Shown: positions 39,157 through 48,894, numbered from the stretch's first letter. The stretch is DNA of 64,000 bases from Anaerolineae bacterium (GCA_027021705.1 JALUTT010000048.1:83654-147653), one strand, 5' to 3'. Notes: a model not told the origin generated them from the letters alone. Numbers and translations are program-made.

Positions 39157-39939
39157 TCACCCCTTCAACCAGGCCGTCAGCGCTGCCAGGTCCTCCAGCA
39201 CCAGGTCGGGCCGAACGGGGCTGGTCTCCAGGTCCTCGCGGCGGGCGACGCCGGAGAGCAGCAGGATGGTGAAGAGGCCCATTCGCTGCCCGCCCAGGAT
39301 GTCCGTCTCCAGCCGGTCGCCCACCATCGCCGTCTCCTCCGGCGAAGCGCCCAGCCGGGCCAGCGCCTCCTCGAAGAGGGGGGTCTCCGGCTTGCCGATG
39401 ATGATGGGCCGGGTGTCCGTCGCCGTCTCCAGGGCGGCCAGGATCGCCCCGTTGCCGGGCAGGAGCCCCCGCTCGCCGGGCCAGGTGCGGTCGGGGTTGG
39501 TGCCGATGAAGGCGGCCCCGGCCCGGATGAGGAGGGTCGCCTGGGCCAGCTTCTCGAAGGTCAGCCCCCGGTCCCAGCCGACGACGACGTAGCGGGCGCC
39601 GTCGGCGCTCAGGACGAAGCCGGCCTCCGTCAGCGCCCGGCGCAGCCCCTCCTCGCCGATGATGTAGACGGGGGTGCCGGGAGGGGCCTGACGTCGCAGA
39701 AAGCTGGCCGTCGCCTGGGCCGAGGTGAGCACCGTTTCAGGAGGCACGTGGACGCCGAAGCGGGCCAGTTGGTCTACGTACTGCTCCGGGGTCTTGCTGG
39801 CGTTGTTGGTTGCCATGATGTAGCGGATGCCCCGCTCGTGCAGCAGGGCGAAGAAGTCCACCAGCCCTGGGGCCGGCTCCTCGCCTCGCCAGAGCACACC
39901 GTCCATATCCAGGATCAACGCTCGTATCCGATTCTTCAC
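39157..39939 (-). CDS. HAD-IIA hydrolase (NagD-like)
   Basis: LDMDGVL, TNN, TNPD, GKP, VGDRLETDI. Confidence 0.93.
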   Translation of the reverse strand: MKNRIRALILDMDGVLWRGEEPAPGLVDFFALLHERGIRYIMATNNASKTPEQYVDQLARFGVHVPPETVLTSAQATASFLRRQAPPGTPVYIIGEEGLRRALTEAGFVLSADGARYVVVGWDRGLTFEKLAQATLLIRAGAAFIGTNPDRTWPGERGLLPGNGAILAALETATDTRPIIIGKPETPLFEEALARLGASPEETAMVGDRLETDILGGQRMGLFTILLLSGVARREDLETSPVRPDLVLEDLAALTAWLKG

Positions 39940-40577
39940 GGCTGGCTCCTCGTGGTCGGTTGTGGGGGGTGCATTGCCTGTTGCCACGCGGCCCACTCCT
40001 CCGGCGTGTCGAAGTCGGCCAGCAGGAGGGGCGAGTCCACCTCGACCAGGGCGACCTGGTCGGCATAGCGCTGGAGAAGCCCCCGTCCTCCCCGGTCGCC
40101 CTGGACCCGACCCAGTTCGTCGAAGAGGGGGCGGGCGAAGAGGACAGGGGTGCCACGCCGGCCCCGGTAGGCCGGAGCGACGATGAGAGCATCACCCTGC
40201 CGGAAGCGGGCGATCAGCCGGTCCAGCAGCGCGGCGGTGAGGCCGGGCTGGTCGGCCTGGAGGAAGAGGGCGGCGTCGGCCTCCGGGGGCAGGGCGGCGA
40301 GGCCGGCGCGGACGGAGGTGCTGAGCCCCTGGGGCCAGTGGGGGTTGTGGACGATCTGGAGGGGGCGGTCGCCGAGGGCCTCGCGCATCGCCGGGAGGCG
40401 GCTGCCCAGCACGACGATGACGGGGCGGGCCTGGGAGGCCAGGGTCACGTCGGCGATGTGGGCCAGCAGGGGCTTGCCCTGCCAGGCCAGCAGTTGTTTG
40501 GGCCGGCCGAAGCGGCGGGAAGCGCCGGCGGCCAGGATGACGGCGGCGACCTGGGGGAGGTCGTTTCGCGTAGTCAC
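39936..40577 (-). CDS. mocA: Molybdenum cofactor cytidylyltransferase-like nucleotidyltransferase
   Basis: ILAAGASRRFG-PKQLL, GLSTS, ADQP, GDRGGR, DFDTPEE; GTGA coupling to yqeC. Confidence 0.85.
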   Translation of the reverse strand: MTTRNDLPQVAAVILAAGASRRFGRPKQLLAWQGKPLLAHIADVTLASQARPVIVVLGSRLPAMREALGDRPLQIVHNPHWPQGLSTSVRAGLAALPPEADAALFLQADQPGLTAALLDRLIARFRQGDALIVAPAYRGRRGTPVLFARPLFDELGRVQGDRGGRGLLQRYADQVALVEVDSPLLLADFDTPEEWAAWQQAMHPPQPTTRSQP

Positions 40578-41407
40578 AATCCTCGCCTCCACACTTGAAG
40601 GACCGGGTGCTCCCGCCCCAGGGCGACCCGAACCACCCGCTCGATGGGGCCGCTCTCCAGAAGCGCTTGGGCGATGGTGCCCGCCGCCTCCTCGACAGGG
40701 AGAGGACCGCCGTCGCCCCCGGCCTGCTCCTGGGTGAGCAGCACCGCGACCCGCTGGTGCTCCCGGACCCCCTTCAGCCCCCCGGCCGGATGGGCCAACA
40801 GCCGGGCCACCCGTTCCGGCGTCATCGGCACGCCCACCGGTTCCCCCAGCAGCGATGCCGCCACCTCGGCCCGGTGGACCCATTGGGCCTCCAGGGGCCG
40901 GCCCACCACCTCCAGCGAGGCGACCAGGACGACCCGCCCGGCGCTGGCGGGGATGACCGGCTCGTGGGGGGCCGGGGCTTTCAGCCCCTTCCGGCGGGCC
41001 CCATCGGCCTCGACCAGCAGCGTCACGCCGGGCAGCGCCTGGGCCAGCCGGTCCACCAGGGCAGGGGGGAAGCCCGTCAGCTTGATGGGGCGCACCGGCA
41101 CCCTTTCCTCGTCGTGCAGCAGGCCGGGCGGGAGGGGTTCCGCTCGGCGGCGGTGGGCGGCGACCACCCGGCGGGCCTGGGCCAGCAGGCCGGGGAGCCG
41201 TTCCAGGGGATCGCCCCGCTCTCCCGTCAGCAGGAGGGCCAGGCCGGGCTCCAACCGGGGCTCCAGGATTTGCGTCGTCGTCGTGAAGAGGACGGGGGCC
41301 AGGCCGCTCAGTTCGGCCATCAGTCGCCAGGCGGCCGTCGTCTTGCCGCCGGCCCCGACGAAGGCGACCCGGTCCCCCGGGTGAACCTGCAAGGCTTCTG
41401 CCAGCAT
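40574..41407 (-). CDS. yqeC: Selenium-dependent hydroxylase accessory protein YqeC
   Basis: VGAGGKTT, TTTT, LVEADGA..LKAP..HEPVIP, VHR; minus-strand TGcTATAAT at 41439-41447. Confidence 0.88.
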   Translation of the reverse strand: MLAEALQVHPGDRVAFVGAGGKTTAAWRLMAELSGLAPVLFTTTTQILEPRLEPGLALLLTGERGDPLERLPGLLAQARRVVAAHRRRAEPLPPGLLHDEERVPVRPIKLTGFPPALVDRLAQALPGVTLLVEADGARRKGLKAPAPHEPVIPASAGRVVLVASLEVVGRPLEAQWVHRAEVAASLLGEPVGVPMTPERVARLLAHPAGGLKGVREHQRVAVLLTQEQAGGDGGPLPVEEAAGTIAQALLESGPIERVVRVALGREHPVLQVWRRGL

Positions 41408-41479
41408 CGTCGGCCCTTTCTCGGTATCTCGCCTCCCGATTATAGCACACGACCAGGGGAGAGACCAGGCTTTCTTGAC

Positions 41480-41634
41480 TGGTGATTACCCACGAGTGAG
41501 CGAGAGAGTGGTCCGTAGCGGGCCGTCCACGAATTTCTCACAAATGCACGAATGAGGCGGTCCTTAATTCGTGTATTCGTGCCCCATTCGTGGACGGCTG
41601 GTCTCCCTATCTCCAAAGATATGGGTAATCACCG
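41480..41634. mobile_element. MITE family C (CGGTGATTACCCA TIR, 10-bp TSD)
   Basis: GGTGATTACCCA 41481-41492 / TGGGTAATCACC 41622-41633; TSD CTTTCTTGAC 41470-41479 and 41635-41644; inner IR GCCGTCCACGAAT. Confidence 0.85.
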
Positions 41635-41639
41635 CTTTC

Positions 41640-41667
41640 TTGACACCCTTTTGCCCTGCGGTACAAT
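41640..41667 (+). promoter_or_regulatory. Sigma70 promoter of the AAA/TOPRIM operon
   Basis: TTGACA, N16, TACAAT. Confidence 0.7.
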
Positions 41668-41710
41668 AGGGGCGGCCGGCGACCAGGCCCGTCAGCACGG
41701 GAGAGAGCAC

Positions 41711-41820
41711 GTAACCCTCCCGCAGGTCACCGGTCGAGGGCGCTTTCAGCCCCGATGGGCTACTTGAAGCACGATTTCGCGTCGGAAACGCGCCTAACCT
41801 GCGGGAGGGTGAACCGTTAC
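41711..41820 (+). mobile_element. MITE family A copy 2 (left end shortened)
   Basis: Flanks GAGAGCAC / GATAGCAC; same core as the other A copies. Confidence 0.85.
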
Positions 41821-41840
41821 GATAGCACAAGGATTCCCCA

Positions 41841-43022
41841 ATGCTTAAGCGAATCGAGCTGAAGAACTGGCGTAGCGTTCGGGAGCAGGGGCTGAAGTTG
41901 GGTCCGGTCAACCTCCTGATCGGCCCCAACGCTGCCGGGAAGTCCAACGTTGTGGACGCCTTGCGTCTGTTGGCCGAGGCCATCCGGTCTGATCTGGAGA
42001 CGGCGGTCACCCGTCGGGGAGGGCTGGAGAGCGTTCGATTTCGGGGCGCGTCGGAGGGCGAGGAGGTCACGATCTCCATTGACTACTTCGTGCCCGATCC
42101 CAGCGCTCCCCACAGCCGGTCGGACATGCGTTACAGCCTCACCATTGCCCAGGAACCGGAGAGCGGACGTCCTGCTGTGGCCCGAGAGGAACTGCGCGTC
42201 AAGGTGCGCCGGAACGAACCCGGTACACAGCGGTTGTGGTTTCGCTCCCAATGGGGGAAAGGGCGTGCCCTGCGGGATGTGAAGACGGATCAGCGCGAAG
42301 CCTTTGACACCGGCGACCCCGGCATCCTTGCCCTCAAAGCCCTGGGGTTCTTGGCGACGTTTCCCCGCATTCGTGCCCTGCGGGAGTTCATCGAAGGGTG
42401 GCAGTTCCTGAGCGTGGACCTGGGGGCGATCCGTCAGCCCCGGCGGGATGAGCGGGCTACGCGCTTGGATGGCAAGGCGGCCAATCTGGCCAACGTCCTA
42501 CGCACGATGCGTAGCTTCAACGCCTCCGGTCTGGAACGCATTCTGGACAACTTACGTTACCTTTTGACCCACGTTTCCGATGTGGTCACCGACGTAGAGC
42601 ACGGTCGGGTGCTCCTCTACCTCGTTGAGCAGCCCTTTGGCTCTTCCTTCGATGTGCAAGTCATCTCCGATGGCACCCTCCGTCTCCTGGCCCTCTTGAC
42701 GGCCCTGGAGACGATGCCTGAGCACGGCCTGCTCTGCGTGGAGGAGCCGGAGCATGGCCTGCACCCGCTGGTCTTTGGCCCCCTGCTGGACATCGTGCGG
42801 GAGTACTGTCCTACCGACGGCAGCCGACAGGTCCTGCTGACCACCCACAGCCCCGATCTGGTGGATGCTGCCCGGCCGGAGGAGGTCATCGTGGTGGAGC
42901 GGAACGAGGAGGGGGCCTCGGAGTTCGAACACCTCTCGGCCCGGCGGCTCCGCAGGTGGCTCCAGGACTTCCGCCTGGGTGAGCTCTGGCGGATGCGGCA
43001 GATCGGGGGGGTGCCCCGATGA
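41841..43022 (+). CDS. AAA_21/AbiEii-like ABC-type ATPase
   Basis: IELKNWRS, GPNAAGKSN, ISDGT, VEEPEHGLHP, TTHSP. Confidence 0.9.
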   Translation: MLKRIELKNWRSVREQGLKLGPVNLLIGPNAAGKSNVVDALRLLAEAIRSDLETAVTRRGGLESVRFRGASEGEEVTISIDYFVPDPSAPHSRSDMRYSLTIAQEPESGRPAVAREELRVKVRRNEPGTQRLWFRSQWGKGRALRDVKTDQREAFDTGDPGILALKALGFLATFPRIRALREFIEGWQFLSVDLGAIRQPRRDERATRLDGKAANLANVLRTMRSFNASGLERILDNLRYLLTHVSDVVTDVEHGRVLLYLVEQPFGSSFDVQVISDGTLRLLALLTALETMPEHGLLCVEEPEHGLHPLVFGPLLDIVREYCPTDGSRQVLLTTHSPDLVDAARPEEVIVVERNEEGASEFEHLSARRLRRWLQDFRLGELWRMRQIGGVPR

Positions 43023-43597
43023 GCAGGCCATCCCCGTGGACGGTGGTGCTGATCGTAGAGGACGACTCCGATGGCCATACGTTGAAGGCTTTGGTCGAAC
43101 GGCTGGGCCTCGCCATCCGCCTGGATTGGCTCCCGGCTAACGGCATCGGGAACATCAAGCGACGGGGAGGTCTTTTGATCGCGCTGGCCCGGGACCGCAT
43201 ACGCGATGGGCGTGGATGTGTGGCCGTTCTCCTGGACCGGGATGGTAAGGATGTGACCCGGTCGGAGCCCCATCGTACCATTCGCAGGCTTTGCAGGCAG
43301 GAAAAGGTTCCCCTGCTCCTGGCTGTTGAGGCCCTGGAAGCTTGGCTGCTGGCCGATGCTGGCTGTGCAGGGTGGTTGGGCATAACCTCGCCATCTAACG
43401 CCGATAGCGTGGCCCATCCCAAGAAGCAAGTTGAGCGGGCCTATCGCCGACGAACGGGCCGTTCCTATAACCGCCGGGCTCGGCGCATCTTGGCTGAGAA
43501 GGCCGATGGTTCAGCACCTGAGCGCAGTCCATCGTTACGACAGGCATTGGCGCACCTAAGCGATTCCCCTTGTGGTGAGATCAGCCTGGCGCGATAG
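43019..43597 (+). CDS. DUF4276/RloB-like TOPRIM-fold protein
   Basis: IVEDDSD, LLDRD, EALEAWLLAD, HPK, SPS; ATGA-coupled to the ATPase. Confidence 0.7.
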   Translation: MSRPSPWTVVLIVEDDSDGHTLKALVERLGLAIRLDWLPANGIGNIKRRGGLLIALARDRIRDGRGCVAVLLDRDGKDVTRSEPHRTIRRLCRQEKVPLLLAVEALEAWLLADAGCAGWLGITSPSNADSVAHPKKQVERAYRRRTGRSYNRRARRILAEKADGSAPERSPSLRQALAHLSDSPCGEISLAR

Positions 43598-43612
43598 TCA
43601 AGGAGGTAGCCG

Positions 43613-45010
43613 ATGGAGCCTGACCGTACCCACGTTGAATCCCCGCCCCCGGCCCTGCTTATCCGCCGGGGCACGCTGGTGACCGCCGAGGGGCTTCTCC
43701 AGGCCGATCTGCTGATCCAGGGGGAGCGCATCGCCGCCGTCGGCACGGACCTGAGCGCCCCACCCGGCGCCCGCGTCGTGGATGCCGAAGGCCACTACCT
43801 GCTCCCCGGCATCATTGACGCCCATACCCACATCCAACTGGACACCGGCATCTACCAGACCCCCGATGACTGGCTCATCGGCACCCGGGCCGCCGCCTGC
43901 GGTGGCGTCACGACGGTGATAGACTTCGCCACCCAGTTCCGAGGCCAGACGCTGCGCCAGGCCGTGGAAGCGCGGCTGGCGGAGATCGGCCGGCGGGCGG
44001 TGGTGGACTACGCCCTCCACGTGATGGTGACCGACCTGCCGCCGGGCCGGGTCGAAGAACTGGGCGACCTGGTGGAGATGGGCACGCCCAGCATCAAGCT
44101 CTACACCACCTACCGGCCCAACTACTACGCCGATGACGCAACCCTCCTCTATCTCCTCCGGGCCGCCGCCGAGCGGGGCATCCTCACCCTCGTCCACTGC
44201 GAGAACGACGCCCTGGTGACGGCGGCCACCCAAGCCCTCGTCGAGACGGGACGGACGGGATGGGCCTACCACGGACGGTCCCGCCCCGCCCTGGCCGAGC
44301 AGGAGGCGACGGCCCGGGTGCTCTTCCTGGCCGAGGCGGCCGGCGCCCCCGTCTACATCGTCCACAACTCGACGGCCCGCACCGTCGCCCTCGTCGCCGA
44401 GGCCCGTGAGGAGGGCCAGATCGTCTTCTCCGAGACCTGCCCCCAGTACTTGCTGCTGGACAACCGTCGCTACGAAGGGCCGGAGCCCTGGCGCTACATC
44501 CTCCAGCCCCCCCTCCGCGACCCCGACGAGCCGGAGCGGCTCTGGACGATGGTCGAGGCGGGGATGGTGGACGTGATCGCCACCGACCACTGCGACTACA
44601 CCCGAGACCAGAAGCTGGCCGCCGACAACTTCACCCGCACGCCGGGAGGACTGCCGGGGGTGGAGACGCTGTTGCCGTTGATGGCGACCTACGGCGTGGC
44701 GGAGGGGCGCATCGGCTGGCCCGACCTGGTGCGGATGCTGAGCACCAATCCGGCCCGCATCTACGGCCTCTGGCCGCGCAAGGGGGCGCTCCTGCCCGGC
44801 TCCGACGCCGACGTGGTGATCTACGACCCGGAGCCGGAGACCACCATCCGGGCCGAGGCGCTGCACTACCTGGCCGGCTACACCCCCTACGAAGGGATGC
44901 GGGTCCAGGGGCGGGTCAGGATGACCGTCGTCCGGGGGCAGATCGTCTACGAGGAGGGGCGCTTCGTGGGGCGCGAAGGGTGGGGGCAGTTCGTAGCCCG
45001 GCAGCTTTGA
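43613..45010 (+). CDS. hydA: Dihydropyrimidinase / D-hydantoinase
   Basis: PGIIDAHTH, GGVTT, SIKLY, HCEN, ETCPQYL, PPLR, ATDHC. Confidence 0.88.
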   Translation: MEPDRTHVESPPPALLIRRGTLVTAEGLLQADLLIQGERIAAVGTDLSAPPGARVVDAEGHYLLPGIIDAHTHIQLDTGIYQTPDDWLIGTRAAACGGVTTVIDFATQFRGQTLRQAVEARLAEIGRRAVVDYALHVMVTDLPPGRVEELGDLVEMGTPSIKLYTTYRPNYYADDATLLYLLRAAAERGILTLVHCENDALVTAATQALVETGRTGWAYHGRSRPALAEQEATARVLFLAEAAGAPVYIVHNSTARTVALVAEAREEGQIVFSETCPQYLLLDNRRYEGPEPWRYILQPPLRDPDEPERLWTMVEAGMVDVIATDHCDYTRDQKLAADNFTRTPGGLPGVETLLPLMATYGVAEGRIGWPDLVRMLSTNPARIYGLWPRKGALLPGSDADVVIYDPEPETTIRAEALHYLAGYTPYEGMRVQGRVRMTVVRGQIVYEEGRFVGREGWGQFVARQL

Positions 45011-45020
45011 GCGCTCACCG

Positions 45021-45142
45021 GTATCTATTCAGCCTACCCTCCCGCAGGTCACCGGTCGAGGGCGCTTTCAGCCCCGATAGGCTATTGGAAGCACGGTTTC
45101 GCGTCGGAAACGCGCCTAACCTGCGGGAGGGTGAACCGTTAC
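45021..45142 (+). mobile_element. MITE family A copy 3
   Basis: Perfect 8-bp TSD GCTCACCG at 45013-45020 and 45143-45150. Confidence 0.9.
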
Positions 45143-45144
45143 GC

Positions 45145-45400
45145 TCACCGGTGACCGGCCTCTCGCAGGCGTTCGTGGACCCAAGTGGCCGTGGCGGCGT
45201 CCAGCGGGGGATCGGGCTCGCCCTTGTAGTCCACCCTCAGATCGTACCGGGCCTCGTCGTAGACCCGGGCCAGCAGCGCTCCCAGGGCCAAGACGGGCTC
45301 CTCCTCGCCGGGGCGGAGCGGGATGGGGATCTCGGGGATGGGTTCATCCAGATTGAAGGGGTAGAGCTGGGCTTGGGGCTGTTCCCATCCCCGGCTGACG
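45145..45400 (-). pseudogene. C-terminal remnant of a DUF4058-like gene
   Basis: LYPFNLDEPIPEIPIPL..VYDEARYDLRVDY..PDPPL; no N-terminal half; upstream is a GGACTGC tandem array. Confidence 0.6.
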
Positions 45401-45452
45401 AGGACTAAGGACTGCGGACTGCGGACTGCGGACTTCAACAAGGAGGTATCCG

Positions 45453-47165
45453 ATGGACCTATCCCATCTTCTCACCGTCGCCCGGGGGGATGCACCGGCC
45501 GATCTGGTGCTCCGCAACGGGCGCGTGGTCAACGTCTTCACCGGCGAGATCGTTGAAGCCGACGTCGCCATCGCCGGCGACACCATCGTCGGGCTGGGGG
45601 CCGGCTATGAGGGCCGCGAGACGATGGACCTGCAGGGTCGCTACCTCTGCCCCGGCCTCATTGACGCCCACGTCCACATCGAGAGCAGCATGGTCACGCC
45701 CCCCCAGTTCGCCCGCGCCGTCGTCCCCCGGGGCACCACCAGCGTCGTCTGCGATCCCCACGAGATCGCCAATGTGGCCGGGCTCGCCGGCATCCGCTAC
45801 ATGCTGGACGCCTCCGAAGGGTTGCCCCTCACCGTCTTCGTCAACGCCTCCTCCTGCGTGCCCGCCACGCCGATGGGCACCGCCGGGGCCACCCTGACGG
45901 CCGAGGACTTGGTGACGCTCCACGACCACCCCCGCGTCCCCGGCCTGGCCGAGATGATGAACTTCCCCGGCACGGTGATGGGCTTCCCCGACGTCCTGGC
46001 CAAGATCGAGGCCTACCGGGACAAGGTGGTGGACGGCCACAGCCCCGGCCTCAGTGGGAAGCAACTCAACGCCTACGTCGCCGCCGGCATCGGCTCCGAC
46101 CACGAGTGCATCACCGCCGAGGAGGCGCGGGAGAAGCTGCGGCTGGGGATGCGCATCTTCCTGCGGGAGGCGACGGGGGCCAAGAACCTGCGTGACCTGC
46201 TGCCCGTCGTCACGCCGGCCAACAGCCGCCGCTGCGCCCTCTGCACCGACGACCGCCACCCCCACGACCTGCTGGAGGAGGGCCACCTGGACCACCTGAT
46301 CCGTCTGGCCGTCGCCGAAGGGCTGGACCCGGTGACGGCCATCCAGATGGCGACCCTCAACGTGGCCGAATGGTTCCGGCTCTGGGACCGGGGGGCCATT
46401 GCGCCGGGGAAGCGGGCGGACCTGGTGGTGGTCTCCGACCTGCGGGACTTCCGGGCAGAGCTGGTCTTCAGTGGCGGTCGGTTGGTCGCCCGAGAGGGGG
46501 AACCGGTGGGCGACTGGCCCATCCCTCGGCCCGACGAGAGCGCCGTCCGTGACACCGTGCACCTCCAGATGTCCCACGTCCGTCTGGAGATCCCGGCCCA
46601 GGGGGAGCGGGTGCGGGTCATCGGTGTCGTGCCCGACCAGATCGTGACCCGCCACCTGGTGGAGCCGGTGGCCCGGCGGGATGGGCTGGCGGTGGCCGAC
46701 CCGGAGCGGGACCTGCTGAAGATGGCGGTCATCGAGCGCCACCGGGGGACGGGCAACGTCGGCCTGGGCTTCATTCGGGGGCTGGGGCTGAAGCGGGGGG
46801 CCATCGCCGGGACGGTGGCCCACGACCACCACAACGTCGTCGTGGCCGGCGCCGACGACGAGAGCATGCGCACGGCGGTGCGGGCGGTGGCCGAGATGGG
46901 GGGTGGGCTGGCGGCGGCCTACGGCGAGACGGTCCTGGCTCGGCTGCCCCTGCCCATCGGCGGGCTGATGTCCGACCGGCCCATCGAGGAGGTGCGCCGG
47001 CAGATGGACGCGCTGCTGGCGGCGACCCGCGAGTTAGGCTCTCCCTTGCACGACCCCTTTATGGTGCTCAGCTTTATGGCGCTGGAGGTGATCCCGTCGC
47101 TGAAGCTGACCGACCAGGGGCTGGTGGACGTGGAGGCTTTTGACTTCGTGGACCTCTTCGCATAG
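45453..47165 (+). CDS. ade: Adenine deaminase
   Basis: DAHVHIESS, DPHEIANV, EMMNFPG, DGH, SDHE, TDD, AHDHHN. Confidence 0.95.
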   Translation: MDLSHLLTVARGDAPADLVLRNGRVVNVFTGEIVEADVAIAGDTIVGLGAGYEGRETMDLQGRYLCPGLIDAHVHIESSMVTPPQFARAVVPRGTTSVVCDPHEIANVAGLAGIRYMLDASEGLPLTVFVNASSCVPATPMGTAGATLTAEDLVTLHDHPRVPGLAEMMNFPGTVMGFPDVLAKIEAYRDKVVDGHSPGLSGKQLNAYVAAGIGSDHECITAEEAREKLRLGMRIFLREATGAKNLRDLLPVVTPANSRRCALCTDDRHPHDLLEEGHLDHLIRLAVAEGLDPVTAIQMATLNVAEWFRLWDRGAIAPGKRADLVVVSDLRDFRAELVFSGGRLVAREGEPVGDWPIPRPDESAVRDTVHLQMSHVRLEIPAQGERVRVIGVVPDQIVTRHLVEPVARRDGLAVADPERDLLKMAVIERHRGTGNVGLGFIRGLGLKRGAIAGTVAHDHHNVVVAGADDESMRTAVRAVAEMGGGLAAAYGETVLARLPLPIGGLMSDRPIEEVRRQMDALLAATRELGSPLHDPFMVLSFMALEVIPSLKLTDQGLVDVEAFDFVDLFA

Positions 47166-48753
47166 CCCTGTAGAGAGTGACGTCCCCTTCGGACCACACC
47201 GCCGTCAGCCCCAGCGCCTCCACCGGCAGGTCGCGGCTCCCCATCCGCGCGCGCTCTCGGGGGCCGACGAGGAGGTAGTCCACATCGTAGCTCCTCAGCA
47301 GGGCCTGGCGGGAGGCCAGCGTCGCCGTCGGTGCGAAGAAGGCGGCCACCTTCTCCTTCATCGCCTCTGCCCGAACCGTCTCGAAGGGATGGCCGTAGAG
47401 GACGCGCTGGCCGGACCAAGCGGGGATGAAGAGCCCCGTCTCCGGCGCGGCCAGGACGAGGGTAGCCCGGAGGGGATGGTCGGCCAGCCGGTCGAGGGCG
47501 GCCCGCTCTCCCCGGGTTAGGAAGAGGAGGTCGCTGCGGGAGAGGCCGCCGATGAGGGAGAGCAGGAGCAGGAAGGCGGTCCCGGGCAGTGTGGCGGCGG
47601 CCAGCCCCCGGGCCAGGCGGGGGCGCCCCTGCGTCACCATCGCCTGCAGCCCCGCCTCGGCCAGGAGCGCCAGGGGGATGTGGAGCCCCAGGACCAGCCG
47701 CCGTTGGAGGGGGAAGGGGGCGTAGAGGAGCGGGGCCGTCACGCCCACCCAGGCCAGGAGGAGGAGGTCGCCGTCGCTGCGGCGGCGGGCTGCCCGGACC
47801 GCGCCCAGGAGCGCCGGGGGCAGCAGGAGGCCGTACCCCACCAGGTAGGCCCAGACGGGCGGGGAAGGCGTGAGGTTCTGGGCGTTCCATCCGGCCAGCG
47901 CCGGGTTGGTCCGCACCACCCAGGCGTCGTAGAGGAGGATCGGTGCGGCGGCGAAGCCGGCCAGGAAGAGCGGCCCTACCTCGGCCCGGAGCGTCGGCCA
48001 GGCGAGGCGGCCCTGTTGTCGGTTTTGCAGCCCTCGCAGCCCTCGCAACCCGAGGAAGGCTCCCAGGATCAGGAAGAGGGCCGGGACGGCGAAGGGCTGG
48101 ATGAGGGCCAGGGCAACTGTAGCTCCCATCAGGAGGGGGGTCCGGCTCCGGGATGGGATCAGGCCCGTCCCCCAGCCGGCGATCAGGAGCATCAGCGCCA
48201 TCGCCAGGGGGAAGTGGGGGTTGGCAAAGAGGGCGTAGAAGGTGTTGGCCTCCGGCATCCAGAGGTCCACCGGCCAGCGTTCGGCCTCCACGTTTCCCAG
48301 CAGGGGGAGCGTCAGCCAGCCCAGGCCGGAGGAGAGGGCGACGAGGAAGAAGGCCCGCCGGCGGCGGTCCATCGCCGGGATGGGGAGCACTCGGGCGGCG
48401 AAGCGGTCGGCGACCAAGAGCAGGAAGAAGCCGTTGACCGCCCGGGCCAGGTGGTAGAGGGCGGTGAGGGAGAGGCCGGTCCAGCGGGCCAGGTGGCCCA
48501 GGAAGAGGTAGTACAGGAAGAGGAAGGCGCCGGGGTGGTCGGTGGCCGTGTAGGGCAGGTGGAACTGCCAGCTTCCGGCGTAGCCCTGGCGCATCTTGGC
48601 CAGGTAGGAGTTGCCGTCCAGCGGGTTGCTCAGCAGCCCGGTGAAGGTCAGGTTGCCGGGGGTGGTGGCGGCGACGATGAGGTAGGGCAGCGAGGCCAGG
48701 AGCACAACGCCGGCCGCCGCTCCCCAGGGCCAAGGTAGAGATTTTCGTGTCAT
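47074..48753 (-). CDS. Polytopic membrane protein, GT-C glycosyltransferase-like
   Basis: TM1 followed by NPLDGNSYLAKMRQG loop, many TM helices, C-terminal YGHPFET..GPRE domain; 3' end overlaps ade. Confidence 0.6.
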   Translation of the reverse strand: MTRKSLPWPWGAAAGVVLLASLPYLIVAATTPGNLTFTGLLSNPLDGNSYLAKMRQGYAGSWQFHLPYTATDHPGAFLFLYYLFLGHLARWTGLSLTALYHLARAVNGFFLLLVADRFAARVLPIPAMDRRRRAFFLVALSSGLGWLTLPLLGNVEAERWPVDLWMPEANTFYALFANPHFPLAMALMLLIAGWGTGLIPSRSRTPLLMGATVALALIQPFAVPALFLILGAFLGLRGLRGLQNRQQGRLAWPTLRAEVGPLFLAGFAAAPILLYDAWVVRTNPALAGWNAQNLTPSPPVWAYLVGYGLLLPPALLGAVRAARRRSDGDLLLLAWVGVTAPLLYAPFPLQRRLVLGLHIPLALLAEAGLQAMVTQGRPRLARGLAAATLPGTAFLLLLSLIGGLSRSDLLFLTRGERAALDRLADHPLRATLVLAAPETGLFIPAWSGQRVLYGHPFETVRAEAMKEKVAAFFAPTATLASRQALLRSYDVDYLLVGPRERARMGSRDLPVEALGLTAVWSEGDVTLYRAMRRGPRSQKPPRPPAPGRSASATGSPPAP

Positions 48754-48894
48754 TGCTCTCTCGTCAACGAATTGGGGGAACGGGTAGCTGCCTCTCCCCC
48801 GAAAATATGATACACTACCTCTCGGCAGTTGTAAAGCCCTCTTCCTCTTCTCGCCGGGTCCGCGATCCGGCGGGCCGGGGAAGCGCCGCAATGC

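Noticed and set aside
40574..41407. Selenocysteine read-through in Se-related genes
   Set aside because: No in-frame TGA interrupts a conserved domain in yqeC, ssnA, hydA or mocA.
39936..41450. 504-aa ORF suggesting a YqeC-MocA fusion or frameshift
   Set aside because: The N-terminal 290 aa are off-frame junk. yqeC and mocA have a clean GTGA stop/start overlap with a GGAGG RBS.
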